A DNA stretch of 64,000 nt from an uncultured Bacteroidales bacterium. GTDB taxonomy: Bacteria; Bacteroidota; Bacteroidia; Bacteroidales; UBA3663. Of this stretch, positions 1 through 8,644 are shown in pieces (the first letter of the stretch is position 1; every line of letters starts with the position of its first letter). The stretch lies in the NCBI GenBank assembly GCA_946631995.1, contig CAMPAQ010000013.1, positions 1,072 to 65,071 on the forward strand, given 5' to 3'. The position numbers and the translations under genes are program-made. The notes under the pieces are model-generated. The model did no database searches. It saw only the letters and a list, made by a program, of their open reading frames with translations, and was not told the origin of the DNA.

Positions 1-531
1 TCTGATCCCTCGCAGAACATCATCGTGCGCTGGTTTCGCAAGCTCTATCCCGTGACCGACCGCATGCATGGCGACCACTTCTTCATCATGGAGAACGGCC
101 GACGAATGGCCACGCCGCTGTTCGTAGCCCTGCTGGTCATCGAGACCACCGATGTCGCCTTTGCCGTAGACAGCATCCCTGCCGTATTCAGCGTCAGTCG
201 AGATCCGTTCATTGTGCTTACCTCCAACATCTTTGCCATCCTCGGGCTCCGAGCCCTGTACTTTGCGCTGGCAGCTGTGGCCAAATACTTCAAGTATCTG
301 AAGTACGGACTTGGTATCATCCTTATTTTCGTCGGCATCAAGATGCTGCTTGCTATGAGCGAGTATATCAATGGTCTGGGTGCAGCCGTAGGTCTGAACT
401 TGAACATTCCTCATATAGAGGTGCCCACCCCTGTCAGCTTGGCTGTTATCTTCGGTGTCCTCGCATTGTCCATGCTTCTTTCCTTCTTTGCGACTGGCTT
501 TTGGACGAAACAGTCAGAAAAGTTGGACTAA
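1..531 (+). CDS. TerC family integral membrane protein, C-terminal part (5' end lies upstream of the window)
   Basis: Frame 1 is open from base 1 to TAA at 529-531. The translation ..TPLFVALLVIETTDVAFAVDSIPAVFSVSRDPFIVLTSNIFAILGLRALYF.. matches the TerC/Alx core as I remember it. It has several hydrophobic segments. Confidence 0.7.
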   Translation, partial: SDPSQNIIVRWFRKLYPVTDRMHGDHFFIMENGRRMATPLFVALLVIETTDVAFAVDSIPAVFSVSRDPFIVLTSNIFAILGLRALYFALAAVAKYFKYLKYGLGIILIFVGIKMLLAMSEYINGLGAAVGLNLNIPHIEVPTPVSLAVIFGVLALSMLLSFFATGFWTKQSEKLD

Positions 532-560
532 ATAGAAAAGCCCGTTTGACGGAATCATCG

Positions 561-568
561 TACCTTTG
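561..568 (+). promoter_or_regulatory. Bacteroidota -7 promoter box TACCTTTG (TAnnTTTG)
   Basis: Exact match to the TAnnTTTG consensus, 46 nt upstream of the ATG at 614. A TTTG lies at 545-548. Confidence 0.45.
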
Positions 569-613
569 CAGACGAAAAGTTTAATCATCAACAAGTAACA
601 ATAAGGTACGATT

Positions 614-991
614 ATGAGAAGTAAGATTGAAGACTACAATGCAGTGGTAGAGGCTGCAAGCAAGTTCTCACGCAGCGAAGTGATTATGGACCAATTTGTC
701 ACGCTACTCCGTCAATATGGAACGACTCAGCGTAGCATCCCCTTCTACGCCAGTCAACTGGCACTCACCGCTAACCATCTGAGCGACGTAGTGCGTCAGC
801 AGTCGGGACTCTCGGTAATGGATTGGCTGTACCGGACTACCATTACAGAGGCCAAAGTGCTACTAAAACATTCTGACCTCATGATTTATGAGATTGGTGA
901 GCGTCTGAATTTTCCAGAACCAACAGCCTTCAACCGCTTCTTCAAAAAGCATGTAGGCATGACCCCACTGGAGTATAGGGAGAATAAATAG
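614..991 (+). CDS. AraC-family helix-turn-helix protein (short, HTH-only, 125 aa)
   Basis: ATG start. ..LALTANHLSDVVRQQSGLSVMDWLYRTTITEAKVLLKHSDLMIYEIGERLNFPEPTAFNRFFKKHVGMTPLEYR is a typical AraC double-HTH C-terminal domain. No ligand domain is encoded upstream. Confidence 0.75.
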   Translation: MRSKIEDYNAVVEAASKFSRSEVIMDQFVTLLRQYGTTQRSIPFYASQLALTANHLSDVVRQQSGLSVMDWLYRTTITEAKVLLKHSDLMIYEIGERLNFPEPTAFNRFFKKHVGMTPLEYRENK

Positions 992-1168
992 TTTTCAATT
1001 CCAATTTACGAGATTTATGACGGCGCCTCAGCGTTGCTTGAACAAGTTCAACTCTGCGTTCGGCTTGCACATAAATTTGAGTTTTCCTTTTGCTCTCACT
1101 TAAACGCCAATTTTTGAGAACCCAAAAGATGATAAAGGGTTTTGGTTTTGAATAAACCAAAATATTCG

Positions 1169-1176
1169 TAACTTTG
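1169..1176 (+). promoter_or_regulatory. -7 promoter box TAACTTTG
   Basis: Exact TAnnTTTG. It overlaps the TTG (1174) that the ORF track used as a start, which argues for the ATG at 1213 as the real start. Confidence 0.45.
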
Positions 1177-1212
1177 CAGTCAGATAAATCGGAATTTATA
1201 GAAGACTTGACT

Positions 1213-1782
1213 ATGGAAAAAGAACTGTCGAAAATGACGTTGGAAGAATTGTGGGATTTATTCCCTATCTTCCTTGTTCAGCACGATGATCAGTGGAACG
1301 AATACTACAATGAGATAGAATCCAAAATTACTGATCTTTTGGTAGGTTATCCTGTTAAAAGAATCAGTCACATTGGAAGCACAGCGATACAGGGCATATG
1401 GGCCAAGAACATTGTTGATGTAATGGTTGAGATTTCTGAAAATGCCGATATGGAAGAGGTATCGCACGTTATGGAGCAGAATGGTTTTATCAGAATGTCT
1501 GACGAAAAGGGACGTATTTCACTCAATAAGGGATATACAAAAGAGGGATTTGCGGATAAAGTTTATCACATTCATCTTAGATATGCAGGAGATAATGATG
1601 AGTTGTATTTCCGCGACTATCTGAATGAGTATCCTCAGATTGCAAAGGAATATGAAACATTAAAGCTTGAATTATGGAAGAGATATGAGCATGACAGAGA
1701 TGCCTATACCATTGCAAAAACTGATTTCATTCGCAAATGGACAAAAGAAGCCCATACAATATATGGCAAAAGATACTTATAA
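1213..1782 (+). CDS. GrpB (UPF0157) family protein
   Basis: ..VKRISHIGSTAIQGIWAKNIVDVMVEI.. and ..YHIHLRYAGDNDELYFRDYLNEYPQIAKEYETLKLEL.. are GrpB nucleotidyltransferase-fold signatures. The start was moved to the first ATG after the promoter box. Confidence 0.75.
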   Translation: MEKELSKMTLEELWDLFPIFLVQHDDQWNEYYNEIESKITDLLVGYPVKRISHIGSTAIQGIWAKNIVDVMVEISENADMEEVSHVMEQNGFIRMSDEKGRISLNKGYTKEGFADKVYHIHLRYAGDNDELYFRDYLNEYPQIAKEYETLKLELWKRYEHDRDAYTIAKTDFIRKWTKEAHTIYGKRYL

Positions 1783-1852
1783 ATTCCAATTTTTCGGACA
1801 ACAAAACTTCCGACATACTCATTTATGTTTTTTGAAGTGACAATGAACTTCG

Positions 1853-1891
1853 CCCCGAGGTCCGCAATGTGGACTTTCGGGGTATTTTTTT
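1853..1891 (+). terminator. Rho-independent terminator-like hairpin plus T-run
   Basis: ccccgaggtcc / ggactttcgggg stem (one bulge), followed by tattttttt. Confidence 0.55.
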
Positions 1892-2020
1892 GGCCGATGC
1901 ACATCGCCCATAACCCCAAGAATACCGAAATTGTGGTATTTCAAACACTTCAAAAAAGCTCTACCTTCGCGCCGCAAAAATGCTCAAAAATGTCGAGAGA
2001 CAGAGCGTAATCCGATAGAA

Positions 2021-4975
2021 ATGACGTTATTAAGGTCGTGTCCGATGGCTTGTCGCTACATTTTTTTCCTGTCCCTTCTGCTCTGGAACGGCGTATGCCG
2101 GGCCTCTTCGACCGTGTCGGTGGGCGGACGGGTGACATCGGCCAAGGGCGAGCCGCTCGAATCATCGACCGTGAGCCACGCGGCCAGCGGACTTTGGGCT
2201 TTGACCGACGCGAAGGGCGACTTCACGCTACGCGGATTGCCATCGGGCAACGTCGAACTTGAGGTGCGCATCGTGGGCTACAGGACGCAGACCGTGCGGC
2301 TCAACCTCGCGGCCGACACCACTGGCGTGCGCATCGCATTGGCCGAAGACAACCTCAAACTGAGCGAGGTCAGCATCACCGCACGACAGAGCCGGACGAG
2401 CGAGACGACATCGTACGTCATTGGCCGCAACGCACTGGAACACACGCAGATGCTCAACGTGGCCGATGTGACATCGCTGCTCCCGGGCGGCAAGACTTCG
2501 GGCGACGTGAGCCTGATGAGCGACAGCCGCATCGCCCTGCGCAGCGCGGGGTCTGGCGAGATGGGCAACACCGCATTCGGCACAGCCATCGAGGTGGACG
2601 GCGTGAGGCTTTCGGCCAATGCGCAGATGTCGTCGCCCAACGGAGCAAGCACGCGCACTGTGGCCGCCGCCAACGTCGAGTCGGTCGAAATCGTGACCGG
2701 AATCCCCTCGGTGGAGCACGGCGACCTCTCGAACGGCATCGTCAAGGTGCGCACCCGACGCGGCAAGACGCCGTGGACCATCGACGCATCGGTCAAGCCA
2801 CACACGCGGCTGGTTGCCGTGAGCAAGGGCTGGAATCTGGGCGACGGCCGACGGCACAGCGGCTCGATGCTGAACTTCAGCCTGGAACGCGCCAAGTCGT
2901 TCTCCAACCTCACCTCGCCGCACACGAGCTACGACCGCAACGCACTGTCGCTCAACTATTCACGTCGCACGCGCGGGCAAATGCCATTGGCCATAAACAT
3001 CGGATTGACGGCCAATGTGGGCGGCTACGACAGCGAGGCCGACCCCGACTACTACGCCGATACCTACAGCAAGGTACGCGACCGAGTGGTGCGCGGCAAC
3101 GTGCGTCTGCAATGGCAGCTGAACCGCCGCTACGCGACTTCTGTCGAGTTTTCGGCCAATGCATCGGCCGCCGACCAGCGCCAGCAGGAGCGTTCGTACA
3201 CCAGTTCAGCATCGTCGCAGGCACAGATACACGCCACGGGCGAGGGCTACAACGTGGCCACGGAATATGACGCCGACCCATCGGCCGCAATCATCCTCGG
3301 CCCAATCGGCTACTGGTACCGCACGGCCACGACCGACAGCAAGCCCATCGATGCCGCCCTCCACATCAAGTACCTCTGGGCCAAACGGTTGCCGAACGGC
3401 ATCGGACACCGTCTGAAGGCCGGCATCGACTGGCACGCCGAGGGCAACGCGGGGCGCGGCACGACCTACGACGACCTGCGCACCGCCCCCACCTGGCGCG
3501 CCGCCCGCTACGACACGCTGCCCTGGCTGCACAGCCTTGCCGCCTACGCCGAGGAGCACCTCACGGCCGAATTTGCATCATCGGCCAAAGCCACACTGAC
3601 CGCCGGACTGCGCGCCGACGTGACCCACGTGAACGGTTCGGCCTACGGCACGGCCAACGCCCTCTCGCCACGCATCAGCGGACGCATCCGCCTGTGGGAC
3701 GATGACGGCCGATGGCTCTCGATGCTCAACCTGCACGGCGGATGGGGCAAGTCGGTCAAGCTGCCTTCGATGGCGGTGCTCTACCCCACGACGAGCTACA
3801 CCGACCAGCTGGCTTTTGCGCCGGGCACGATGGCCGACGGAAGGACGTTCTACGCCTACTACACCATCCCGTCGAGCGCACGCTACAACCCGTCGCTCCG
3901 CTGGCAGTACGCCACACAGACCGAAGTGGGCGTCGAGGGTCGCATCGGCCGCACCAGAATCGCGCTTTCGGCCTACCGCACGGTGACTCACCGCCCCTAC
4001 ATCGCGACATCGGTCTATACGCCCTACACCTACCGCTACACGTCGCAGGCCGCACTCGAATCGTCGGCCATACCATCGGCCAACCGCTCGTACAGCATCG
4101 ACCCGACAACGGGCATCGTCACCGTGAGCGACCGCACCGGAACATCGGCCGACGAAACCCTCGCATACACCGAGCGGCACGCCTTCAAGGGCAACACGAT
4201 GTGGGTGAACGGTTCGGCATCGACGCGGCAGGGCATCGAATGGGTGGTTGACTTCGCCCGCATCCCGTGGCTCGACACCGAAGTGCGCTGGGACGGCAAC
4301 GCGGCCTTCTACAACGGCACGGAACACACGCTCATGCAGTCGCGCTCGTCGCTCACATTGGCCGACGGACAGCCGTTCCCCTACATCGCCTACTATGAGG
4401 GCAGCACGACGGTGGCCAATGGTTCGCTGACGCGACGCGTGAACTCCAACCTGACGGTGACGACGCACATCCCCGTGGTGCGGCTCATCCTCTCGGTGAA
4501 GCTGGAGGCGACCCTGTGCCGCTACTCGCGCAACTTGCAGTCGGACGGCATCATCCCCGACGGCGAAAACAGCTACGTGGGGTCGCGTAGCAGTGACCTG
4601 AGCGGGCACTACGCGATTGTCTATCCGCGCTACTACGCGACTTGGGACGACCCCGCGACGCTCATCCCGTTTGAAGAGGCGTTCCTCGCGGCCAAGGAGA
4701 GCGACACGGAGCTTTACCAGCGGCTGATGCGCCTGGTGCTGCGGTCGAACACCGACTACTTCTTCACCGCGAACCGCGTGTCGCCCTACCTGTCGGGCAA
4801 CATCAACGTGACGAAGGAGATTGGCGACCACGTGACGCTGTCGTTCCAGGCGACGAACTTCTGGAACTCGACGCGCAAGGTCCACACCTCACAGACCGAC
4901 AGCGAGACGACGCTCTACGGCAGCAGCTACATCCCGTCGTTCTACTACGGACTGGCGCTGAAGGTGAAGATATAG
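2021..4975 (+). CDS. TonB-dependent receptor with carboxypeptidase-regulatory-like N-domain
   Basis: - Signal peptide MTLLRSCPMACRYIFFLSLLLWNGVCRA.
- GRVTSAKGEPLESSTV..GDFTLRGLPSGNVELEVRIVGY is a CarboxypepD_reg-like domain.
- The plug motif ..VESVEIVTGIPSVEHGDLSNGIVKVRTRRG is present.
- A long Tyr/Gly/Ser-rich beta-barrel follows.
- The start was set at the ATG that precedes the signal peptide. Confidence 0.85.
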   Translation: MTLLRSCPMACRYIFFLSLLLWNGVCRASSTVSVGGRVTSAKGEPLESSTVSHAASGLWALTDAKGDFTLRGLPSGNVELEVRIVGYRTQTVRLNLAADTTGVRIALAEDNLKLSEVSITARQSRTSETTSYVIGRNALEHTQMLNVADVTSLLPGGKTSGDVSLMSDSRIALRSAGSGEMGNTAFGTAIEVDGVRLSANAQMSSPNGASTRTVAAANVESVEIVTGIPSVEHGDLSNGIVKVRTRRGKTPWTIDASVKPHTRLVAVSKGWNLGDGRRHSGSMLNFSLERAKSFSNLTSPHTSYDRNALSLNYSRRTRGQMPLAINIGLTANVGGYDSEADPDYYADTYSKVRDRVVRGNVRLQWQLNRRYATSVEFSANASAADQRQQERSYTSSASSQAQIHATGEGYNVATEYDADPSAAIILGPIGYWYRTATTDSKPIDAALHIKYLWAKRLPNGIGHRLKAGIDWHAEGNAGRGTTYDDLRTAPTWRAARYDTLPWLHSLAAYAEEHLTAEFASSAKATLTAGLRADVTHVNGSAYGTANALSPRISGRIRLWDDDGRWLSMLNLHGGWGKSVKLPSMAVLYPTTSYTDQLAFAPGTMADGRTFYAYYTIPSSARYNPSLRWQYATQTEVGVEGRIGRTRIALSAYRTVTHRPYIATSVYTPYTYRYTSQAALESSAIPSANRSYSIDPTTGIVTVSDRTGTSADETLAYTERHAFKGNTMWVNGSASTRQGIEWVVDFARIPWLDTEVRWDGNAAFYNGTEHTLMQSRSSLTLADGQPFPYIAYYEGSTTVANGSLTRRVNSNLTVTTHIPVVRLILSVKLEATLCRYSRNLQSDGIIPDGENSYVGSRSSDLSGHYAIVYPRYYATWDDPATLIPFEEAFLAAKESDTELYQRLMRLVLRSNTDYFFTANRVSPYLSGNINVTKEIGDHVTLSFQATNFWNSTRKVHTSQTDSETTLYGSSYIPSFYYGLALKVKI

Positions 4976-4988
4976 AGCAAAGAGCCAG

Positions 4989-5037
4989 CAGACCCTCTCA
5001 GACCCCCTCCCGACCTCCCCGAGGGGAGGAGATTGGA
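4989..5037 (+). repeat. GC-rich hairpin element (family B), + orientation
   Basis: cagaccctctcagaccccctcccgacctccccgaggggaggagattgg, starting 14 nt after the TBDR stop codon. The core stem is cctcccc-ga-ggggagg (5014-5029). Confidence 0.8.
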
Positions 5038-5055
5038 AAGTTACCACAGGAGGGC

Positions 5056-5145
5056 AAAAATGTAGAGACGTTTCATGAAACGTCTCTACGGCAAGAAAAA
5101 ACGTAGGGGCGCATCGAACGGGACAACCATTTCCATGTCTTTCAG
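5056..5145. repeat. About 90-bp direct repeat, copy 1 (contains the perfect 28-bp palindrome GTAGAGACGTTTCATGAAACGTCTCTAC at 5062-5089)
   Basis: It aligns with 5197-5284 with a handful of substitutions or indels. The palindrome (family A) was read directly. Confidence 0.85.
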
Positions 5146-5174
5146 TAGGGGGCACCACAATGTGACGTCTCCAT
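5145..5174. repeat. Degenerate family A palindrome (CCACAATGTGACGTCTC variant)
   Basis: gtagggggcaccacaatgtgacgtctccat resembles GTAGAGACGCCACA(N)TGTGACGTCTCTAC (8589, 35168, 44562), but the left arm is decayed. Confidence 0.5.
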
Positions 5175-5196
5175 GACAGGGAAACGGCACACGCGG

Positions 5197-5284
5197 AAAA
5201 TGTAGAGACGTTTCATGAAACGTCTTTACGGCAAGAAAAACGCAGGGGCGCATCGAACGGAACAAACATTTCCGTGTCTTTCAG
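5197..5284. repeat. About 90-bp direct repeat, copy 2 (palindrome 5202-5229 with one mismatch)
   Basis: See 5056-5145. The ATG at 5215 used by the ORF track lies inside the palindrome (..tttcATGaaacg..). Confidence 0.85.
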
Positions 5285-5392
5285 CGGTTTCCGTGCAATT
5301 CCGTGGTAAAAAATCATTGGCAATAAAAATTCAAAACTTCAACAATAAACATTTAAAAAGCTTACACCCTCGGCAACAAACCAAAGCCACCT

Positions 5393-5491
5393 CCCCATCA
5401 AGGGGGTCCTCGCAGCGAAAAGAAAGATTGATAATCTTTCAGCGAGAAGACGAACCTTTAGGTGAGGGGACGATGCTGGGGAGAGGGTCTG
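5393..5491 (-). repeat. About 100-bp nested-hairpin element (family B, long form), inverted copy
   Basis: Its reverse complement (cagaccctctccccagcatcgtcccctcacctaaaggttcgtcttctcgctgaaagattatcaatctttc..ttcgctgcgaggacccc..gggg) aligns along its whole length with 9357-9457. It ends 6 nt before the ATG at 5497. Confidence 0.8.
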
Positions 5492-5496
5492 ATTTT

Positions 5497-6804
5497 ATGA
5501 AAAAGTATCTTTCACTTCTGTGTGCGAGCCTGATGGCTCTGTCATTCACCGCCTGCGACGAAGACGACGAAACCCCAACCTACGAGCTGACCGTCCAGCT
5601 GAACTTCCCTGAGGGCTTTGCGGCCGACGAATCGGCCAACGTGACCCTCAGCAACGTGCAGGGCACGACCTGGAAGCAGGAGAGCGACGCGACGGGCGCA
5701 GTAACCTTCAACGTACCGGCCGGAATCTACTCGGCCAGCGCGACCGACCGCAACAACGGCCACATCTTCAACGGCACATTGGCCGAAATCACCGTGACCA
5801 ACGCCGCTGTCAGCGCAACCGTCGAGATGCAGGCATCGAACTCAAGCCAGATCATCATCAAGGAGCTCTACATCGGCGGCTGTATGGACAACGACGGCGC
5901 CAAGGCTTACCAGCGTGACCCATACGTCATCCTCTACAACAACAGCGGCGAGGTGGCATCGGCCGAAAACCTCTGCCTCGGCATGTGCCTGCCGTTCAAC
6001 GCTCACGCATCGAACAAGAACGTGACCGACGGCGTGCTCAGCTACGAGAACGAGGGCTTCATCCCAGCCGGCTACGGCATCTGGTACTTCCCATCGACCG
6101 TCACCATCGAGCCTTACAGCGAAATCGTCGTTGCCCTCAACGGTGCCATCGACCACACCGTGACCTACAGCAATTCGGTGAACTTGGCCGATGCCTCATA
6201 CTTTGCCTGCTACGATCCGGACGACTGGAACAACACGTCGTACTACCCGACCCCATCGGAAGTGATCCCGACCTCGCACTATCTGTTGGCCGAAAAGTGG
6301 GGCTTGGGCAACGCCTGGCCAATGAGCGCCATCGACCCTGCCTTCTTCATCTTCACAACCGAGGGCATCACGCCGAGCGAATTTGCTGCCGCCCAGGACT
6401 GGTGGTACAACGGCAACACCGTGTCGGACATCAACGCCTGCCTGAAGGTCAAGACCGAATGGGTGCTCGACGCCATTGAGGTCTTCACCACCACGGCCGA
6501 CGGCAACCAGAAGCGTCTCACTGCCTCGACCGATGCCGGCAGAGTCTATTTCACCAACAAGCACGGCTATTCGATGTTCCGCAACGTCGATCTGGAGGCT
6601 ACCAAGGCCATCGAGGGCAACGAATCTCTGCTCGTCACTGGCATGACAAGCTGCGACGATGAGGCAGCCGATGTGGTCAAGTGCGACAAGAACGGCATCG
6701 ACGCTGTGGCATCGGCCAAGAACGGTGCCAAGATCATCTATCAGGACAGCAACAACTCGTCGAACGACTTCTTCGAGCGCTATCAGGCTTCTCTTAAAGA
6801 GTAA
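5497..6804 (+). CDS. Surface lipoprotein, DUF4876-like (carboxypeptidase-regulatory-like plus lamin-tail-like modules)
   Basis: - Lipobox MKKYLSLLCASLMALSFTAC followed by DEDDE, an acidic surface-export-like signal.
- ..LTVQLNFPEGF..TGAVTFNVPAGIYSA.. is a small Ig-like domain.
- ..IIIKELYIGGC..DPYVILYNNSGEVASAENLCLG resembles an LTD-like motif.
- It sits directly after a TBDR.
- The DUF4876 name is from memory of the conserved TBDR/DUF4876/DUF6850 trio. Confidence 0.6.
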   Translation: MKKYLSLLCASLMALSFTACDEDDETPTYELTVQLNFPEGFAADESANVTLSNVQGTTWKQESDATGAVTFNVPAGIYSASATDRNNGHIFNGTLAEITVTNAAVSATVEMQASNSSQIIIKELYIGGCMDNDGAKAYQRDPYVILYNNSGEVASAENLCLGMCLPFNAHASNKNVTDGVLSYENEGFIPAGYGIWYFPSTVTIEPYSEIVVALNGAIDHTVTYSNSVNLADASYFACYDPDDWNNTSYYPTPSEVIPTSHYLLAEKWGLGNAWPMSAIDPAFFIFTTEGITPSEFAAAQDWWYNGNTVSDINACLKVKTEWVLDAIEVFTTTADGNQKRLTASTDAGRVYFTNKHGYSMFRNVDLEATKAIEGNESLLVTGMTSCDDEAADVVKCDKNGIDAVASAKNGAKIIYQDSNNSSNDFFERYQASLKE

Positions 6805-6805
6805 A

Positions 6806-6853
6806 CAGACCCTCTCCCCAACCCTCCCCCATAATGGGGAGGGGGAAAGGGTT
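6806..6853 (+). repeat. GC-rich hairpin element (family B), + orientation
   Basis: cagaccctctccccaaccctcccccataatggggagggggaaagggtt begins 2 nt after the TAA at 6802-6804. Its first 15 nt are identical to the reverse complement of 5477-5491. Confidence 0.8.
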
Positions 6854-6892
6854 ACAAATTTTCATTTAAGGGAGTGTTAGCATTCGGAACAA

Positions 6893-6951
6893 TCGTCCTT
6901 TTTACTCCTGAGACGCGCCACGGCACGTCTCTACATTCCCTTTCACTCCCC
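6893..6951. repeat. 58-bp direct repeat, copy 1 (contains the hairpin GAGACGCGCCACGGCACGTCTCTAC at 6910-6934)
   Basis: tcgtcctttttactcctgagacgcgccacggcacgtctctacattccctttcactcccc. It is repeated 88 bp downstream. Confidence 0.85.
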
Positions 6952-6980
6952 TTAAAAGACTTTAATGTCAGCTCCGACAT

Positions 6981-7038
6981 TCGTCCCTTTCACTCCTGAG
7001 ACGCGCCATGGCACGTCTCTACATTCCCTTTCACACCA
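6981..7038. repeat. 58-bp direct repeat, copy 2 (hairpin at 6998-7022)
   Basis: tcgtccctttcactcctgagacgcgccatggcacgtctctacattccctttcacaccac. Confidence 0.85.
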
Positions 7039-7057
7039 CTTAACAGCCCTTAAATAA

Positions 7058-8584
7058 ATGTTTCCCCTCCTGCTCATCGGCTGGCTTTCCAGCACCAACG
7101 CCGCAGGGCTTCAGACCCTGCCCGACAGCACCCGCACTTCGCGAGCCGAGGTGTGGGCTTCTGTGGCCAATGGCGCATGGGTGAACTACTACGCGAGTGA
7201 CGACAGCCGCGAGTGGGGAGCCGCGACACGTTCGCACTACCGCGTGGACAGTCGCGTAGCATTGGCCGGCGAGGTCTCCTACCGCAACTTCACGGGCCGC
7301 AACATGAGCGGGTCACTCTTCATCGACCCCACCGACAAGCCGTTCGACTTCGTGGAGTGGAACGACGGCCACGCCGGCGAGAAGCAGCTCGAAGAATACC
7401 GCCTGAACGGAGCCGCGAGCTACGGCATCGGCCGGCGATGGAGCATCGGCGCACGCATCGACTTCACATCGGCCAACTACGCGAAACGCCGCGACCTGCG
7501 CCACCAGAACCGGCTGATGCGGATGACGCTCTCGCCCGGCATGACGTGGCTGGCATCGGACAAGATGCGGCTCGGCGCAAGCGGCATCTTCACGCGCGAG
7601 GTGGAGGGCGTGGCGGTCAACATCGCGGGCACGGCCGACACCGACTACTACACGATGGTGAGCTACGGCGCATTCTACGGCATCAAGCAGCTGGCCTCGT
7701 CGCTCGACGGCTATCTGACCACGAGCAGCGGTTCGACACCGCTTGTTGACCGACGGCTGGGCGGCAGCGTGCAGATGGACTGGGTTTTGGCCGATGACTC
7801 CCGATGGTTCACCGAGGCGACAGTCACCGCGCGCGACGGCTACTACGGCCGCAAGTCGCTCTACTCGGTGGTCTATACCGACCACGATGGGATGGACATG
7901 CAGGTGCGCAGCGTCGTGCGACGTGCCACATCGGCCACAACCTGCCACCAGTGGGAGCTGACCGCGATGCGAAGCACATTGGCCAACCACGAAAACCTCT
8001 GGAACGAGGTGCAGGAGGGCGGCGGACTGACACGCATCGCCTACTACGCGAAAATGCAGCGTCTGCAACGCTCCACGCACGATTTCCGGCTCGCCTACGA
8101 CGTGGATTTCGGTGCATCGGCCGACCACCAGGCAGCGTGGCACGTGCAGGCCGAGGCGGCTCTCTGGATGCGCGACGTCAAGGCGACATTCTTCCCGACC
8201 TACCGCAAGCAGGAGGTGCGGCAATGGCGCATCGGAGCCAACGCCGGCAGGCACATCGGCCGTCGTCATGATGCGTTCGACATCTCGCTCGGCGCACGCT
8301 GGCAATGGGGCGGCGGGACGATGGCCGATGATGGTGTGGAGGGCGGCGGAGAGGCCACGACCCATGCCGTCTCGCTCGACCGCTATCTGGCTCACGAATT
8401 CGACTATCTGACCGCTCGGCAATGGTCGGCCGATGCCCAACTGCGCTATTCACGGCCAATGCCACGGCTCGGCGTCACGCCCTACGCCTCGCTCGACTAC
8501 GGACGGCGGCAGGCGACATCGGCCAACGTCATTGCCGACGATTTCCACCAGCAATGGACGCTACGTGTGGGCTGCGAATTCTAA
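7058..8584 (+). CDS. Outer-membrane beta-barrel protein, DUF6850-like
   Basis: ATG start and an N-terminal hydrophobic signal. The sequence is a long alternating Tyr/Arg/Gly/Asp-rich beta-strand pattern ending ..WTLRVGCEF (aromatic C-terminus). It is the third gene after the TBDR and the DUF4876-like gene. The family name is from memory. Confidence 0.55.
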   Translation: MFPLLLIGWLSSTNAAGLQTLPDSTRTSRAEVWASVANGAWVNYYASDDSREWGAATRSHYRVDSRVALAGEVSYRNFTGRNMSGSLFIDPTDKPFDFVEWNDGHAGEKQLEEYRLNGAASYGIGRRWSIGARIDFTSANYAKRRDLRHQNRLMRMTLSPGMTWLASDKMRLGASGIFTREVEGVAVNIAGTADTDYYTMVSYGAFYGIKQLASSLDGYLTTSSGSTPLVDRRLGGSVQMDWVLADDSRWFTEATVTARDGYYGRKSLYSVVYTDHDGMDMQVRSVVRRATSATTCHQWELTAMRSTLANHENLWNEVQEGGGLTRIAYYAKMQRLQRSTHDFRLAYDVDFGASADHQAAWHVQAEAALWMRDVKATFFPTYRKQEVRQWRIGANAGRHIGRRHDAFDISLGARWQWGGGTMADDGVEGGGEATTHAVSLDRYLAHEFDYLTARQWSADAQLRYSRPMPRLGVTPYASLDYGRRQATSANVIADDFHQQWTLRVGCEF

Positions 8585-8588
8585 ACCT

Positions 8589-8617
8589 GTAGAGACGCCA
8601 CAGTGTGACGTCTCTAC
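8589..8617. repeat. Family A palindrome GTAGAGACGCCACAGTGTGACGTCTCTAC
   Basis: Read directly. It starts 5 nt after the stop at 8584. Confidence 0.9.
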
Positions 8618-8644
8618 GATGGAACAAAACCGGACGGGACATTT

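Noticed and set aside
1783-2020. Riboswitch or leader upstream of the TonB-dependent receptors (also 32731-33000)
   Set aside because: I looked for cobalamin (B12-box-like), TPP and other familiar riboswitch cores. I saw only a terminator hairpin (1853-1891) and AT-rich spacer. A covariance-model scan would be needed to be certain.
5215-5496. N-terminal extension of the DUF4876-like ORF (MKRLYGKKNAGAHRTEQ..), and likewise 8658-8720 (MKRLYGGTGKF..) for the Cys/His lipoprotein
   Set aside because: Both ATGs sit in the loop of the palindromic repeat GTAGAGACGTTTCATGAAACGTCTCTAC, and the extensions are translated repeat DNA. In-frame ATGs further downstream give canonical lipoprotein signal peptides (5497 and 8721).
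2228-8465. Many 60-435-aa ORFs overlapping the TBDR, DUF4876-like and DUF6850-like genes (for example 3578-4885 minus, 7313-8440 minus, 2228-2923 minus, 7213-7749 plus)
   Set aside because: All are out-of-frame or antisense to genes with clear domain signatures. The translations are Arg/Pro/Ala/Gly-rich and motif-free.
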